The notes under the pieces were generated by a model. That model saw only the letters and a list, made by a program, of their open reading frames with translations. It ran no database searches and had not been told where the DNA came from. From Stegostoma tigrinum (lineage: Eukaryota), in NCBI RefSeq assembly GCF_030684315.1, contig NC_081387.1, forward strand, positions 4,506,497-4,570,496: a stretch of DNA of 64,000 bases. Direction: 5' to 3'. Each line of letters opens with the position of its first letter. Within the stretch, counting starts at the first letter, position 1. The position numbers and the translations under genes are program-made. This document shows, in pieces, positions 27,695 through 40,919 of this stretch.

Positions 27695-28070
27695 AATCAT
27701 TCATGGTGTGTGGGCATTGCCGACTAGGCCAGCTATTATTGATGACCCCTTGATCTGAGTGGTTTGCTAGGGATATTTCAGACAGCAGTTAAAAATGAAG
27801 CACATGGCTGTGGGTCAAGAGTCACATAGAGGCTAGACCAGGCAAGCACATTATATTTGCTTCCCTAAAGGGCATTAATAAACCAGATGGGTTTTTATGA
27901 CAATTGACAATGTCTATATGATCACTTTTAGACAAATTACAAATTCCAGATTTTTCAAAGTAGAATTCAAATTTCACCATCTGCCATGGTGGGATTCAAA
28001 CTCATGCCCCTAGAACGTGAAGCCTGGGGTTCTGGATTACTGGCGTAGTATCACTGGACTATCGCCACTC
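27695..28070 (-). mobile_element. tRNA-derived SINE, same family as 25510-25970
   Basis: Colinear homology with 25510-25970. Confidence 0.72.
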
Positions 28071-28460
28071 CGAATGAAGTCTGAAAAGTCTGAAGGTGCA
28101 GAGTCAGATCATGGAGTGTAGTGAGCAGCTTCCAGAAAACATGATGTGCCAGACTGGTGAGCCAGGCTAACATCTATCCATGAGCTACCAAAAGTATCTG
28201 TGTGGCAGAGCGGGAAATAGGAGATCTGATGACTGTGGGAGGATTTTTCACAAACCTCTGTTGGGAATAGTATCTCCTGTATAAATGTTGTGGTGTGAAA
28301 GGAGGTTCCCTAACCATCAGAACAATTTGTGACAGATCTTGCATGAGTATAGTTCCTCTTGTGTGAATCCAGTGGGTACACGAAGCCTTGGTGACTCTGG
28401 GAATATCACACATTTGAAAATGAATGGTTCTGCTGTAGGTTCAATGATCATCTAAAATCC

Positions 28461-29672
28461 TCAGTGCACACCCACACTTGAAGCTTTCGTCTGCATATGG
28501 ATTTGTTTGTGTTGGCAAAGGTTTGTTAACTTCGAGAATGATTTCTGGCACATCTCACATGTGAATGGTCTCTCCACTGTGTGAATGCGCCGGTGAATCA
28601 CCAGGGCTGAAGACTGCGCAAAGCCCCTATTACATATCTCACATATGAAGGGTTTTTCCCCTGTATGAACCCTATGATGTATCAAGAGCCTCTTAGAAGT
28701 CACAAAAGTTTGATCACAAACTTCACACTTGAAGAGTTTCTGCCCTGTGTGGATCGTCTGATGAACCAGGAGGTTCGATAATCGTGTAAAAGCTTTGTGA
28801 CACATCTTGCATATAAACAGTTTCACCCCCATATGAATGTGTTGGTGTATGTGGAGATTTGATGACTGCAAGAATGATTTGTCACACACCTTGCAGGTGA
28901 ATGATTTCTCTCCTGTGTGAACACATTGGCGTCTATAGAGATTCCATGACTCTGAAAACGATGTGCCACAAACCTTGCATGTGAATGGTTTCTCATCAGT
29001 CTGAATCTGTTGATGTTTTACTTGGTCTAATAATTGTCCAAATCCCTCCTTACGCACTTCGCACTTGAGGAGATTCTCCCTGGTGTGGAGTTTATGATGC
29101 CGCAGGAGGTGAGATGATTGTCCAAAGGCTCGGTCACACACTTCACATTTGAAGGGCTTCTCCCCTGTGTGAATCCTCTGATGCATCAGGAGATGGGAGG
29201 ATTGGATGAAGGCCTTCTCACAAACTTCACAGCGAAAAGGTTTCTCTCCTGTGTGAATCTTCTGGTGTCTCAGCAGCCTTGTAGATGTCACAAAAGCTTT
29301 ATCACAAACCTCACATTTGAAGGGTTTCTCCCCTGTATGGATTGTCTGATGGACCACAAGGTTTGATGACAGTGTGAATGATTTGTTACATACCTCACAG
29401 GTAAATGGTTTCTCCCCTGTATGGATGCGTTGGTGCACACGGAGGTTCGACGACTGCGAAAATGATTTGTCACACACCTCGCACGTGAATGGTTTTTCCC
29501 CTGTGTGAATACGCTGGTGAACGAGGAGGGCCGATGACTTTGAGAAGGACTTATTACACACTTCACATCTGATGGGTTCTTTCCCGGTGTACGTGTGTTT
29601 GTTTCTCACAACTATAGATGACTGCATAAAATCCTGATCCTGCATCTCACTCTGAAACGGTTTTACTTCCAT
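28461..29672 (-). CDS. ZNF unit C: ZF-only C2H2 protein, ~403 aa, 11 intact plus 3 degenerate fingers
   Basis: Tandem CxxC-x12-HxxxH with TGEKPF linkers; ATG 29672 (MEVKPF) matches paralog starts; acceptor at 30130-30131. Confidence 0.88.
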   Translation of the reverse strand: MEVKPFQSEMQDQDFMQSSIVVRNKHTYTGKEPIRCEVCNKSFSKSSALLVHQRIHTGEKPFTCEVCDKSFSQSSNLRVHQRIHTGEKPFTCEVCNKSFTLSSNLVVHQTIHTGEKPFKCEVCDKAFVTSTRLLRHQKIHTGEKPFRCEVCEKAFIQSSHLLMHQRIHTGEKPFKCEVCDRAFGQSSHLLRHHKLHTRENLLKCEVRKEGFGQLLDQVKHQQIQTDEKPFTCKVCGTSFSESWNLYRRQCVHTGEKSFTCKVCDKSFLQSSNLHIHQHIHMGVKLFICKMCHKAFTRLSNLLVHQTIHTGQKLFKCEVCDQTFVTSKRLLIHHRVHTGEKPFICEICNRGFAQSSALVIHRRIHTVERPFTCEMCQKSFSKLTNLCQHKQIHMQTKASSVGVH

Positions 29673-31869
29673 GTGGCTGATCAAGGATGTATCTTGTATA
29701 TTAGAAGATCTTATAAGCCTGTGCAGATCTCTTCACACACTTCACACTTGACAGCTTCTCCCTCTTAGGACTGAGTCAGTGGTTCATGAGGCTCGATGAA
29801 TGATTGAAGCTCTCCCCACTCTTGGATCCCATTTACACTTCTTCCCAGCCTCACCCTGACCGATCATCCACAGCCGAACCTTCAGAAAGGTTAGTTCTGA
29901 TGGAAGGCTCCACGCTATGGTCTAGTTTCAGACCTGATGATATGTCCAAGCTTTCCTGACCCAACTGATTTCCAAATGATGGTTTCACCAACCTTCCCTG
30001 TGTTGAGCAATGCTGTGAAGGGACTGGATGTTTTCCTATGGTTATGCAGCTGTTCCTTGGATGATGGTCAGGATCGATCTGCACTGTCTATCCTCTCTGT
30101 ATTCCCTGGTGTAAAATGGTGCAATCCTTCTGTAAAACAGGAAAAGGAAACATGATTTCATCCAACTCCCTCTCCTCCTTCACTGAAGGGATTGACTCCT
30201 CAGTGAGAGGCTGTTCCATAGTCTGCTATTTCCCATGTGTGTTTGGTTGTGTGTATTGGGAAGGGAAAGGGGGGTGGGGTTTGGATATAGGCCTCAATCT
30301 CACAGACCCATACAGTCATACAGCACGGAAAGAGACCCTTCGGTCCAACTAGCTCATTGCGAACATAATCTCAAACTAAACGAGTTCCACCTGCCTGCTC
30401 CTGGCCAGTATCCTTCCAAACCTTTCCAATTCAGGTTCAATTACTGTACTGGCTGAAGTAACCCTGCAGTTAAACACTGACAGTGTTTTCACTCAAGTAA
30501 CACCTGCTGCCTATGGCCAATGGCAACTTTCACTTCACTGTAACTGCAGCACATGGACCGTAACAGTTCGAGAAGGCAACTCATCATCACCTTCTCAAAG
30601 GCAATGAAGGACAGTAATAAACACTTGCCTCATCAGGGGTGCTCACATAAGTGAACATATATTAAAAAAAATGTGCATTTTTGCAAATGAGGATAAGATA
30701 TATTCAGATTTAACTTCTTGTATTCCCACAACAATCCAATAAACCTCTTAAGATTGGCTGTCAGTTATTTGTTTTTAAGCAAAAATACCCAGTTTCTTTA
30801 CAGCCTTGCACGCAAATTCTTGGCTCGAAGAATTCACAAGAACACCATACAACATAATCAGACAAATCCTCCAGCTCATTGTCCATTTGCAGCCTTAATG
30901 AATCCTGTTTGACATTGTTGGATATGTTGAGCTTCGGATCTACTAAAACCCCTGGGTCTTTTACAGTGTCATTCTTAACAATTTCAACTTAATTCAGACA
31001 ATGTGTGTGTCATTTGTTTTTGCATTTTCTTTGCAGTACTAAACGTGCTTTCAATTATTGCCAAATCACAGACCTTGTTTACAGTCTAAGGATTGGATTA
31101 CAATTGTCCAGTTTCATTTCAATTTGAATCTCCACATGCGGCAAAGAAAGGAGATTTCTATCTCCCCTTTCATTTTCCTTCCTTGGCTGTCACATGCCCT
31201 GCATTTCCAGCAGGGACATTGTCTGTTCTTGGTTACCATCCAAAGTACTATTTTCTTTTCCTCTGCTCAGCCCCTATCTTCCCCAGGCATCAGGAGGGCA
31301 ATGGACTAGACAACTCGGTGGAGTGTAAAGCAGGCTATTGTTTCACTGTGAGCTCATATCATGCTGGCAAAGTCCAGTTTCATCCTTAGAGTATGGGTAT
31401 AATATAAAAAGCACTCAGGTGAAATGTCAATTTCAGCATGTTTACCAAAAATGACTTGAAGAAAACCCATACAAAGCGGAAGGAAACACAAGAACCCATG
31501 AAAGTATTGCTTCAGTATAGTTGATTGAAGCATTTGGGTTTGTCCTCGGAAATTAGTAGCAATAAGTACAGATAGGATCAAACTTAAAAAAAAAGCATAC
31601 AACTGCATAAAGATGGGTGGCAGGCCAGAAGATTAGTCAGAATGTAAAAACCAACAGAGAGTAACCAGAATTTTAATTAGATCGGGAAAAATAAGAGTGA
31701 GTGAAAGCTAGCTAAAAACACAAAACAGATAGTAAGATTTTGTAGTGATATTTGAAAAGAGAACATTGGTCATATAGGAAGTGAGTCTCAGGAATTGTGG
31801 AAAATCAATAGATGACAAATCAATGTAACTAACATTTCACTGTGACGGAGACAAATAACAACACAGAAA

Positions 31870-32950
31870 TCATAGAAAATCAAGAGAAAATAGCATGAAC
31901 TGCAGATGCTGGAGTCAGAGACAAGAGAGTGTGGAGCTGGAGGAACACAGCAGGTCAGGCAGCGTCACAGGAGCAAGGAAGTTGACGCTTTGAGTCAGGA
32001 CCCTTGCTCAGAAATAGGGAGGGGAAGGGAGCTGGGAAATAAATAGAAAGGAGGTGTAGGGCTTGGGAAGATAGGTGGATGGTGATAGGTTATTGAAGTA
32101 GGGACTGGTGGGGGTTGGTCAGTGAGGTGGGAGAGAAGATGGACATGTTGTGTCAGGTCAAGGAGGCAGGAGGGAGGATGATAGGTTTGATGCAGGTAGG
32201 GGGTAGTGGAGATTGGTCAGCAGGAAGGAGAGGGCAGATAGGAGGGAGAGAAGATGACAATAGACAATAGGTGCAGAAGTAGGTCATTCGGCTGTTCGAG
32301 CCAGCACCACCATCCATTATGATCATGGCTGCTCATCCACAATCAGTATCCTGTTCCTGCCTTATCCCCATAACCCTTGGTTCCACTATCTTTCAGAGCT
32401 CTACCCATCTCTTTCTTGAAAGTATCCAGAGATTTGGCCTCCACTGCCTTCTGGGGCAGAGCATTCCATATATCCACCACTCTCTGGGTGAAGAAGTTTT
32501 TCCTCAACTCTGTTCTAAATGGCCTACCCCTTATTTTTAAACTGCGTTCTCTGGTTCTGGACTCACCCATCAGTGTAAACATGCTTCCTCTGATGGACAG
32601 GTTGTGTCAGGTCAAGGAGGCAGGGATGAGTGGAATGTTTGTATGTGGGATAAGGTTGGGGGTGGGGAGATTTTTAACCTGGTGCATTCTACATTGAGGC
32701 CATTGGACTGTAGGCTCCCAAGGCAGAATATGAGGTGGCGCTCCTTCAGTTTGTGGGTGGTGTAATTCTGACACTGGAGGAGGCCCGGAATGGACATGTC
32801 ACCCAAGGTAGTGGGAGAGTTAAGATGGTTGGCGACCGGAAGGTGTTGTCATTTGTGGCGTACGGAGCACAGATGCTCCATGAAACTGTCTCCAAGTCTG
32901 CGCTTGGTCTCACCAATGTAGAGACAGCCACACCGGGAGCAATGGATACA
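31870..32950 (-). mobile_element. Degenerate PLE with nested CR1 3' end (32255-32590)
   Basis: Terminal repeat and GIY-YIG remnants; nested ORF 32343-32582 (NFFTQRVVDIWNALP) with gacaata repeats. Confidence 0.8.
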
Positions 32951-33442
32951 GGTATGAATCAAAGAGCTCAAAAATAATGAAAGTCACCAGGGAAACCGTA
33001 CTGAGCATCTTGCTGAAGTGAAGTGGCAGATGCAGTTACAGTTACAACAGTTAAAATACATTTGGACAAGTACAAGAACAGGAAAGGTTTAAAGTTTATT
33101 TTGGGAAACTTGGTCAACATGGACGAGCTGGACTGAAGTACCTGTTTTGGTGCTGTATGACTCTGTGAGATGACAAGTCCTGAAGCACTTCATCAGACTC
33201 TTTAAAAAATTGGCTGGTGAGATCGTTAATATGTTGATTTTAATTTTTCAAAATTTGTTGATTCAAGGACGATTCTCTTAGATTGTGAGACAATCAATGT
33301 CTTTTATTCAAATGGCAAGGGAGGCAGAAAGCAGAAAACTACAGACCAATTTTTGTCATAGGGAATATGTTATAAACTACTGTTAAAAATGTTGTAGAAA
33401 GGCACTCACACACAGGTAATCAGGTGCAAACACCACGGTTTT

Positions 33443-33661
33443 TGTAGTGATTGGAATGAGGTTGACCACATGGACCTCATAGGACATCAGTTCTCTGACT
33501 GGGGCTGCTAACCCAGTCCATTTAGGGAGCCCTAGCTGACAGATAAAAATAAATGTCAGACATGCTATTCATTCTGAGAGCTGGATCAATGTCAAGGACA
33601 TTCCACTTGTAAGTAAAGGGTGATGTGGTGACGAGATACCGGCCTCTGTGGAGTTATTTTA
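33443..33661 (+). mobile_element. Short solo LTR inserted in a CR1 fragment
   Basis: Begins tgtagtg, ends ttatttta (mutated CA); flanks gtttt/gtttc; removal restores CR1-like 'cacggtttcatgaaagg'. Confidence 0.55.
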
Positions 33662-34029
33662 GTTTCATGAAAGGAAAATCATGTTTGAGCAATTTATTTG
33701 ACTTTTTGAAGAATCCATCTGCTATGGATAAAAAGGGCAGCTATTGAGAACTGTTCTGGAGCTCTGAAGAAGGGTCACTGAACCGGAAGTGTTAACGCTG
33801 CTTTCTCTCCACAGATATACCAGATCTGAAGTTTCTCCAGCAAATCTTTCTGATTGCTGCATATTAATTTTCAACATCTCGTCGAGGTGGAATGCTTAAA
33901 TTAATTTTTTTTAAATTCTGGAGGAGAATATGCAGGGTGTTGGGAGGTCCCAGAGGGATTTGAAATGACGAGAAACATCCAGATCCCAAAACAAAGAGAA
34001 TTGACTATTCGTGGTTCACACGTTAATAA

Positions 34030-34545
34030 GCAGCTCCTAACACAAACAGAACTCAACACCAGGGAATCAGTAAGAATCCTCAGACCCTCTGCACCTCCCA
34101 CGTAATTACACCTCACCTTCTCATATTCAGGAAAAAACCATCAACAAAACTCAGGCTGGAAATCAGGAGGGAAATGTTTCCAATAAACACACTCAATATC
34201 CAACACACAGCTCCAGTCAAACAGTTCAGCACAAAGCACCGAGTAAACAGCTCTCTCAGCCGGATCTTCTCACACAGCATAAGGGACATTTCCACCCCTG
34301 ATTACCCACAGGACAGTCAGACTGCCTGAAGACTGGTGTGGATATTATGGGATACAATTTGTATAAAAGCTGCTCCTTCACTCACCATCTCCTCACTTGG
34401 TTTTCAGTCCCTATAGGAAGTGAACCAGCTCTGGAAGAGGAAGAGGAGAGAATGGGCAGAGTGGGTGGGCTCTCTGATTGACGTCTCTCACAGCCAATCC
34501 AAATATTTCTGCAGCAACATGAGTTTCCTGAAGCTTGTGAAACTG
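34030..34545 (-). promoter_or_regulatory. Shared promoter/exon-1 cassette, copy C
   Basis: CCAAT (cagccaatcc), tgacgtc, aggaagtg motifs; ATG 34388-34386 followed by gtgagt. Confidence 0.7.
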
Positions 34546-37500
34546 ACCGGTGAGATGGAGGTGACTTTGAGCAGTAGATCAGGTGGAGATTTAAACTTTT
34601 CATTGTCCCATCTCTATAAAACCTCACTTATTGCTGCTGCTGTCTCAGTTCTCACTCCAGCAGCACTGTGGATCTACCTACGTTAAACCACAGAAGTGAT
34701 ACAATGCATAGGGAGCCATTTGGTCTGTCGTACCTCCATGAGCCTGTCAAAGTAGCATGATTATGTAGATTTAGAAAAAAGGAAATCATGCTTGACAAAT
34801 CTACGGCAATTCTTTGAGGATGTAACTTGGAGTTGATCAGAGGGAGCCAATGGATGTGCTTCATTTGGACTTTCAGTTGGCTTCCAATGAAGTCTCACAT
34901 GACAGTAATGAGTAAAAATTAAAGGTATTAGGATTAGGCGTTTTGCACTGACATAGATAGAAAATTGTCTGCCAAGCAGGAAACAAAGAGTGGGAATATA
35001 TGGATCCTTTTCTGAATGGCAGGCAGTGACTAATTGGTCCAATTATACAAGCAGGGATCGTATACTCGGGCTGCAGCTATTCACAGTATATGTTCATTAT
35101 TTAGATGTGGAAACTATATATAGCAGAATTTGCAGATGATACAAAGCTGGATGGATTGCTGAACTTTGAGGAAGATATGAAGATGTTGCATTGTGATTTG
35201 GACAGGCTGAGTGAATAGCCAAATGCATGGCAGGTATAATGTTGATAAATATGATGTTATCACTTTGGTAGCAAAAGTAGGAAGAGATATTATTTGGATG
35301 CCTGGAAACTGGAAGAGCGGCATGTTCAATGAGACCTGTATATTCACAGGAGGTCAAAGACGTCCTTAGAGAGCTTTATAAAATCATCAAGGGTAATAGA
35401 TAACATTTCGGCAAGATTTGTTTCCTTAGAGTGGGGGATTTCAATACAAGGGGACATATTTCTAAAGTGAGAGGAGGCCACACCTGGAAATAACGTGTGC
35501 AGCTTTGATCTTTTTATCTGAGGAACAAAATTTTTGCCATAGAGGTGGTGCAACGAAGCTTTACCACTTTGATTCCGAGGCTGCATAACAGACATATGAG
35601 GAGTGATTGAGTCAGTTAGGATTGCATTCACTGGAGTTTGTCAGAATGAGGGAGGCATCTTCCCAACAACAATGTACCCTAAACCAGTCCTCTCTTGATT
35701 CAATGCTGATCTGGAGATCATTCTTCCAGCCAAACAGTATCAGTCATGGCTTTTATTTTATGTTAAACATTTGATTCACAGGATAGCAAAAGTGCAGCAT
35801 GTATCCCAACTACAAACCTACGTGCACACCTTTATTCATTTCTTACATTACAGTATTCATACTGAATGAAAGACCCCAACTTCAAATTAAGACTTTACAC
35901 CAATAAGCTTTGTACAGTACAATTTAAGAAATTAAGCCTTGTTAATTACACTATAATTTTAGAAAAGACCACTTCAAAAAACAAAATATTACAGAACTGC
36001 ACTGGGGTCCATTTAACAAAGAATAAACTTGAAAAGCAGAATAATTCTGTTGAAATTGTCTAGAACCTCGTGCGGGCCATTGTGCACAGTTCTGGTCTTC
36101 ATATTGAGAAGGACATCAAGGAAGTGGAGAAGATATAAAACCGTTGACTACGATGAGCATTAAGAGATTGTAACTGTAAAAAAGACTGAACAGGCCAGCA
36201 CTCTTCCTTCAGAAATGACTGGGCTGAGGAAATAGAAATCCCTAAAATGATGAAATATTAAATTATGAATGTTGGGGGAAAATGGAGAGATGTTTCCACT
36301 CATGTGGAGGAGTTCAATAGCAGGATCCATCAGTATAAAATGGTGATTAATAAATCCAAGGAGAAACTCAGGACCAACTCCATCATGAACAGAAGGATGA
36401 GAATGTTGAGCTTGCTGCCACAGGGAACAGTTGAGAAAATAGCTCAGGTGCATTTGACAGGAATCTTGGTAAGTCCATGAGGGAAAAAGGAATAAAAGGA
36501 TTTGCTGACAGGGTGAAATAAATTAGGGAGGGAAAATGGAACTGGGTTGAATGGACTTTATCTGTGCTTTAAAACATAAAATGAAAACAAATCAATGCTG
36601 GAACTTTTCAGCAGGTCAGGCAGCATCTCTCTTGAGAAACTGAGTTCATGTTTCAGCTCAAGATCACCCTTAATCAGAAATCATGCTGGATACTGGTCAG
36701 CACCTCCTTTTGTGACAGAACATTCCCTATTCTCATCAGCACTGCCCCTACTCCTGTTCCCATCAACTGCCCCTTCTCAATTTTCCATATGGAGTTTAAA
36801 CTTGGATCACTCTCAAACATTTACTTCCAATGACATCAAGGTCACATGAACATGACAAGTTAACGTGTGTGAAAAGTATTGATCCAATATTCCCCATTTC
36901 ATACATCTGTTGTTAACAATTTGCAGACTATTGGTTGCAAGTTACTGCTCACATATAGTCAATAAAGAAAATTATCACACATGAAAAAAAATTGTTTGTT
37001 CTTTCTCGTCCATTCCGGTTTTGTCCATCCAAACTCATGCACTGCTTTCAATATTTAAAATACTATGGTCTTCTTATTGCACTCATATGTGTTGTTGTTG
37101 GCTGTTCATTCAGTGTCTGCTGGTTCCTGAGGTGTCACTAACTTTGCAGAATATTATTATCATTGCAAGTGTTGTTGCCACGGTAATTATCACTGCTGAC
37201 GTTTTGTATTTTTGGGGGGAATGGTTGTCCTGTGGGACAGATAGTCATTTTGTTCTTTGCTCAGTCGGTGAAATTGGATCTGCCTCATCAGTTTTCTTCT
37301 GCAGAACGGCTGACTTTCTGATTTCGTGCAATGTCTGTTGTTGAGGCGATAGATCTGGCCTTTCACTTTCCCCAGGTATGATCAAGCTGACAATTTCCTT
37401 CTAAATTTCAAGTTGCCAAAGGATCTGATACTTGTCGAATGCAATGAATGTTTGCATCAATCAGCTCTGAATGATTTGGTCTCTTTACAAAATGTGAGAT

Positions 37501-38260
37501 GGACTTTTGTTTCACTTGAAGGTATCACTTCCTCCTGTTACTTCTTCCAGTCTTGCTTGTATTTTCGTTACAGCAGGAGTTCCTAGGTGAGATTAGACTA
37601 GACCGTTAGCCATTCCATCAGGAGATGTGTTTCTCCTCTCTCAGGTTGCCTTGTACACATCTCAACTGGATGAAGTCAATTTTTGATAATTCCTGTGGCA
37701 ATTTCTGCTACTACATCAGCCTGCATGACTGGAGATGGTGTGGAAATGAAATGTGCTGTTGAATTTCCTGATTATTAGTAAGTGTCAAATTTTTCACTCA
37801 TGAATTGACGTAATTGTCACTATCACAATCTCAGGAATGTGTGACGGCTGAAGTGTGCTTTCAGATATTCAACAATGACTGGGTGAATTGATGATTTCCA
37901 GACCAAGTCATGTTACTGCTTCTTGTTGAATTTGGAATATTTCAAAATATGTATCAGCATTAACTTCAGTCAGAGACAGTGCAGCTCCAGATAGCACATT
38001 GCTGATGCACATCTCCTGTCCTTCACTTCCCAGTGATATCTCCGTGCATGAAGCAACACTTGCAAACACTTTGGAGGGGATCAAAGTAGTTTGAGAAAGA
38101 TGCCGTTAATCATGTTTTGGTCAGATGTTACTTTTTCTTTTCCTCTCTCCAAAAGAGGGAATGGTTGAAAAGTTCACAAGCAAAGACAATATCTAGGCTC
38201 TCTCTCAATCTGTGCACATTGTTACTCAGTGTGTGTTAACACTGTGAATACAAACCCAAC
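34040..38260 (+). repeat. Segmental duplication, copy 1 (paralog 43850-48890)
   Basis: Colinear homology; paired spurious ORFs such as 36595/47217 and 37021/47643. Confidence 0.92.
37000..38230 (-). mobile_element. Gypsy-like integrase fossil (duplicated at ~47630-48850)
   Basis: Minus strand reads approximately VEYLKAHFSRH-IPEIV-SDN-QFMSE, an integrase core motif, with frameshifts. Confidence 0.55.
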
Positions 38261-38729
38261 GGGTTGCCCTCACTGCATGGGGATTACTCCAAGTCCTGTG
38301 TCACTGACATCACACTGCAGGGTGGCTCCATTGTTGACATCATAATCCCTCAGCACTGGTGATGTCATCACTAGGTGTTTGATGGGAGTGAAAGCTCCTT
38401 CTTGTTCTGTGTCCCAGTCCCACTGAACACCCTGCACTGAGAGACTGTGTCCACCGTTACACACTGTGAGGACACCTCAGCAAGAAATTGATGATATGGT
38501 TCCTGGAGACCTAAGAATCGTATTAAGGCTTTATTACAGAATTCACACTGGTAGGTTGGTCTACTCAATGACTGCTGATGGTCTGGGAGATATGGTGACA
38601 GTGTGATAAGACTCAGCCTGAATGTTTTCTCTCTGGTGTGAAAAGGCTGGTCATTCAGGAGATCCTGAGAGATCTCAGGAGGGTTCGAGATATTCTAAAA
38701 TCTTTACCTGTAAACCTGAAACTTGAAGG

Positions 38730-39581
38730 CTAATCCCCTGTGTGGAGTCTCCAATGGAGCAGGAGGTTGTATGACCTTGAGAACGATTTGTTACATGTCT
38801 CACACTTAAACGGTTTCTCCCCTGTGTGAATGCGTTGGTGTGTACAGAGTTGAGAAGATGTCGAGAATGATTTGTCACATCCATCACAGGTAAATGGCTT
38901 CTCCCCTGTGTGAAAGCGTCGGTGGATGCGAAGTGCTGATGACTGCGAGAATGATTTATCACATGTCTCACAGGAAAATGGTTTCTCCCCTGTGTGAATG
39001 CGTTGGTGCTTGCGCAGAGTTGATGAATCGTAGAATGATTTATTACACACCTCACACGTAAATGGTTTCTCCCCTGTGTGAATGCGTTGGTGTACGCGAA
39101 GATGTGATGAATTTGAGAATGCTTTGTTGCACACTTCACATGTGAATGGCTTCTCTCCTGTGTGTATGCGTTGGTGTACTTGGAGGCGCGATGATACTGA
39201 GAATGATTTGCTACAAACCTTGCATGTGAATGGTTTGTCCCTTGTGTGAATCGTCTGATGGAGCAGGAGTCTTGATGAGTCAGAGAATGATTTGTCACAC
39301 ACCTCACACTTAAACAGTTTCTCTCCTGTGTGGATGCGTTGATGTTTCCAGAGATTCTCTGACCATGAGAATGCTTTGTCACATACCTTACATATGAATG
39401 GTCTCTCCTGTGTGTGAATGCGTTGGTGTTTATAGAAGGTTGATAATCTCAGAAATGATTTTTTACACACTTTGCACGTGAATGGCTTTTCCCCAGTATG
39501 AATGCGTAGGTGATTCACAAGCATTGATGACTTGGTAAAAGCTCGGTCACAAACCTCACACTTAAACGGTTTCTCTTCCAT
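38730..39581 (-). CDS. ZNF unit D: ZF-only C2H2 protein, 283 aa, 10 fingers
   Basis: Ten intact fingers from MEEKPF; acceptor at 40020-40021. Confidence 0.9.
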   Translation of the reverse strand: MEEKPFKCEVCDRAFTKSSMLVNHLRIHTGEKPFTCKVCKKSFLRLSTFYKHQRIHTQERPFICKVCDKAFSWSENLWKHQRIHTGEKLFKCEVCDKSFSDSSRLLLHQTIHTRDKPFTCKVCSKSFSVSSRLQVHQRIHTGEKPFTCEVCNKAFSNSSHLRVHQRIHTGEKPFTCEVCNKSFYDSSTLRKHQRIHTGEKPFSCETCDKSFSQSSALRIHRRFHTGEKPFTCDGCDKSFSTSSQLCTHQRIHTGEKPFKCETCNKSFSRSYNLLLHWRLHTGD

Positions 39582-40217
39582 GTAGCTGTCTGTGTGTTAA
39601 CAGTGTTTCTAACAGATGCACCTTATCCTATGAGCCTGCAGAATTCTCTTTCAACACCTCACACCTGAACAGCCTGCAGGGATGAATCACTGGGTCATGA
39701 GACTCAATGATGATTGAAGCTCTCACTGCTCTTGGAAACCACTCACACTTCTTATCCAGCCTCACCTTGACCAGTCACCCACAGATAAACATTTGGGAAG
39801 GTTAGGCTCCTCACCACTGACCATTTTCAGATCAGATGATTTGCTAAACCTCCCCTCACGCAACTGATTTCCACATAATGATTTCACTCTCTAGTGTCGA
39901 GCAATGCTGCGATAGGACTGGATATCTTCCCACACTTAAGCAGTTGTTCCTTGATTGAATGTCAGAATTTATCTGTGTTGTCTGTCCTCTCTGTATTCTG
40001 GTAGTATGGAGAAATCCTTCTGTAAAACAGGAAAAAGAAACATGATTTCCTCCAACCCCCTCTTCTTCTTTGCTGAACAGGCTGACTCTTTTGATATACT
40101 TTCATGTCATGTGGGCATCAGTTTGCAGGCCAACATTTATCATTGTGCCTGCAATTTGTTGTAGATGCTGGAATCTGTACTGAAAACAAAAACTGCTGGA
40201 ATTCATGGCAGGACAGG

Positions 40218-40327
40218 CAGTGCATCTCTCCCTCAGAAACCCACTTCTGACAGAGCAGCCCTCCCTCAGATACCCACTTCTGACAGTGCAGCTCTCCCTC
40301 AGATACCCACTTCCAACAGTGCAGCTT
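40218..40327. repeat. 33-bp tandem repeat, ~3.3 copies
   Basis: Unit cagtgcagctctccctcagatacccacttctga starting at 40218, 40251, 40284, 40317. Confidence 0.9.
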
Positions 40328-40919
40328 ACCCACAGTTTCACAAACTTCAAGAAATTCATGTAGCTCCAGAAATATTTGATTTGGTTTTGAAAGATGTCAC
40401 CCATTCAGTGTTGATTTTATCGTCTTTGTCTTCTGCAATTAATTCTGCATAAATCCGAGTCTGCCTTACTGTTCTAATGATGACACAGAAACAGGGTGTT
40501 TGGAAGTCTTGGATGGGAAATATGTAGATCTATCAACACAGAGAACTGACCATTCGCAGAGTCAGAAGTCACATGACACTGGGTTATAGTCCAACCGGTA
40601 TATTTGAAATCACACGCTTTTGGAATGCAGCCACTTTCTCAGGTGCAGTGAGAGAGAAGGGCACATAGACACACGTTTATAGTCAGAGCGATCAAAAGAT
40701 CATACAACTGGTGTGAGTGGAGTGTTGGATAATAAGTCTTGGCAGGTGACCAAGTGTGTTAGACAATGAGCAAAGTGTTTCTAAAATCAGTACTAGTGCA
40801 GTGCTGTCATAAAATGGCTGCCGTGAACAAACCTAATATGGTTGACTGACTGTCTCCTGTTGAATCTTTGATCATTCATGCATTGCAGAAGCTGAATATG
40901 GAGAGCTGCAGGTTGCCCA

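Noticed and set aside
30130-34385. KRAB, SCAN or BTB exon in ZNF introns
   Set aside because: No recognisable motif by eye in any unit; a profile HMM search is still needed
37021-37344. Hydrophobic 107-aa ORF conserved at 47643-47966
   Set aside because: Lies in a near-identical duplicated tract antisense to a Gypsy fossil and lacks an ATG start
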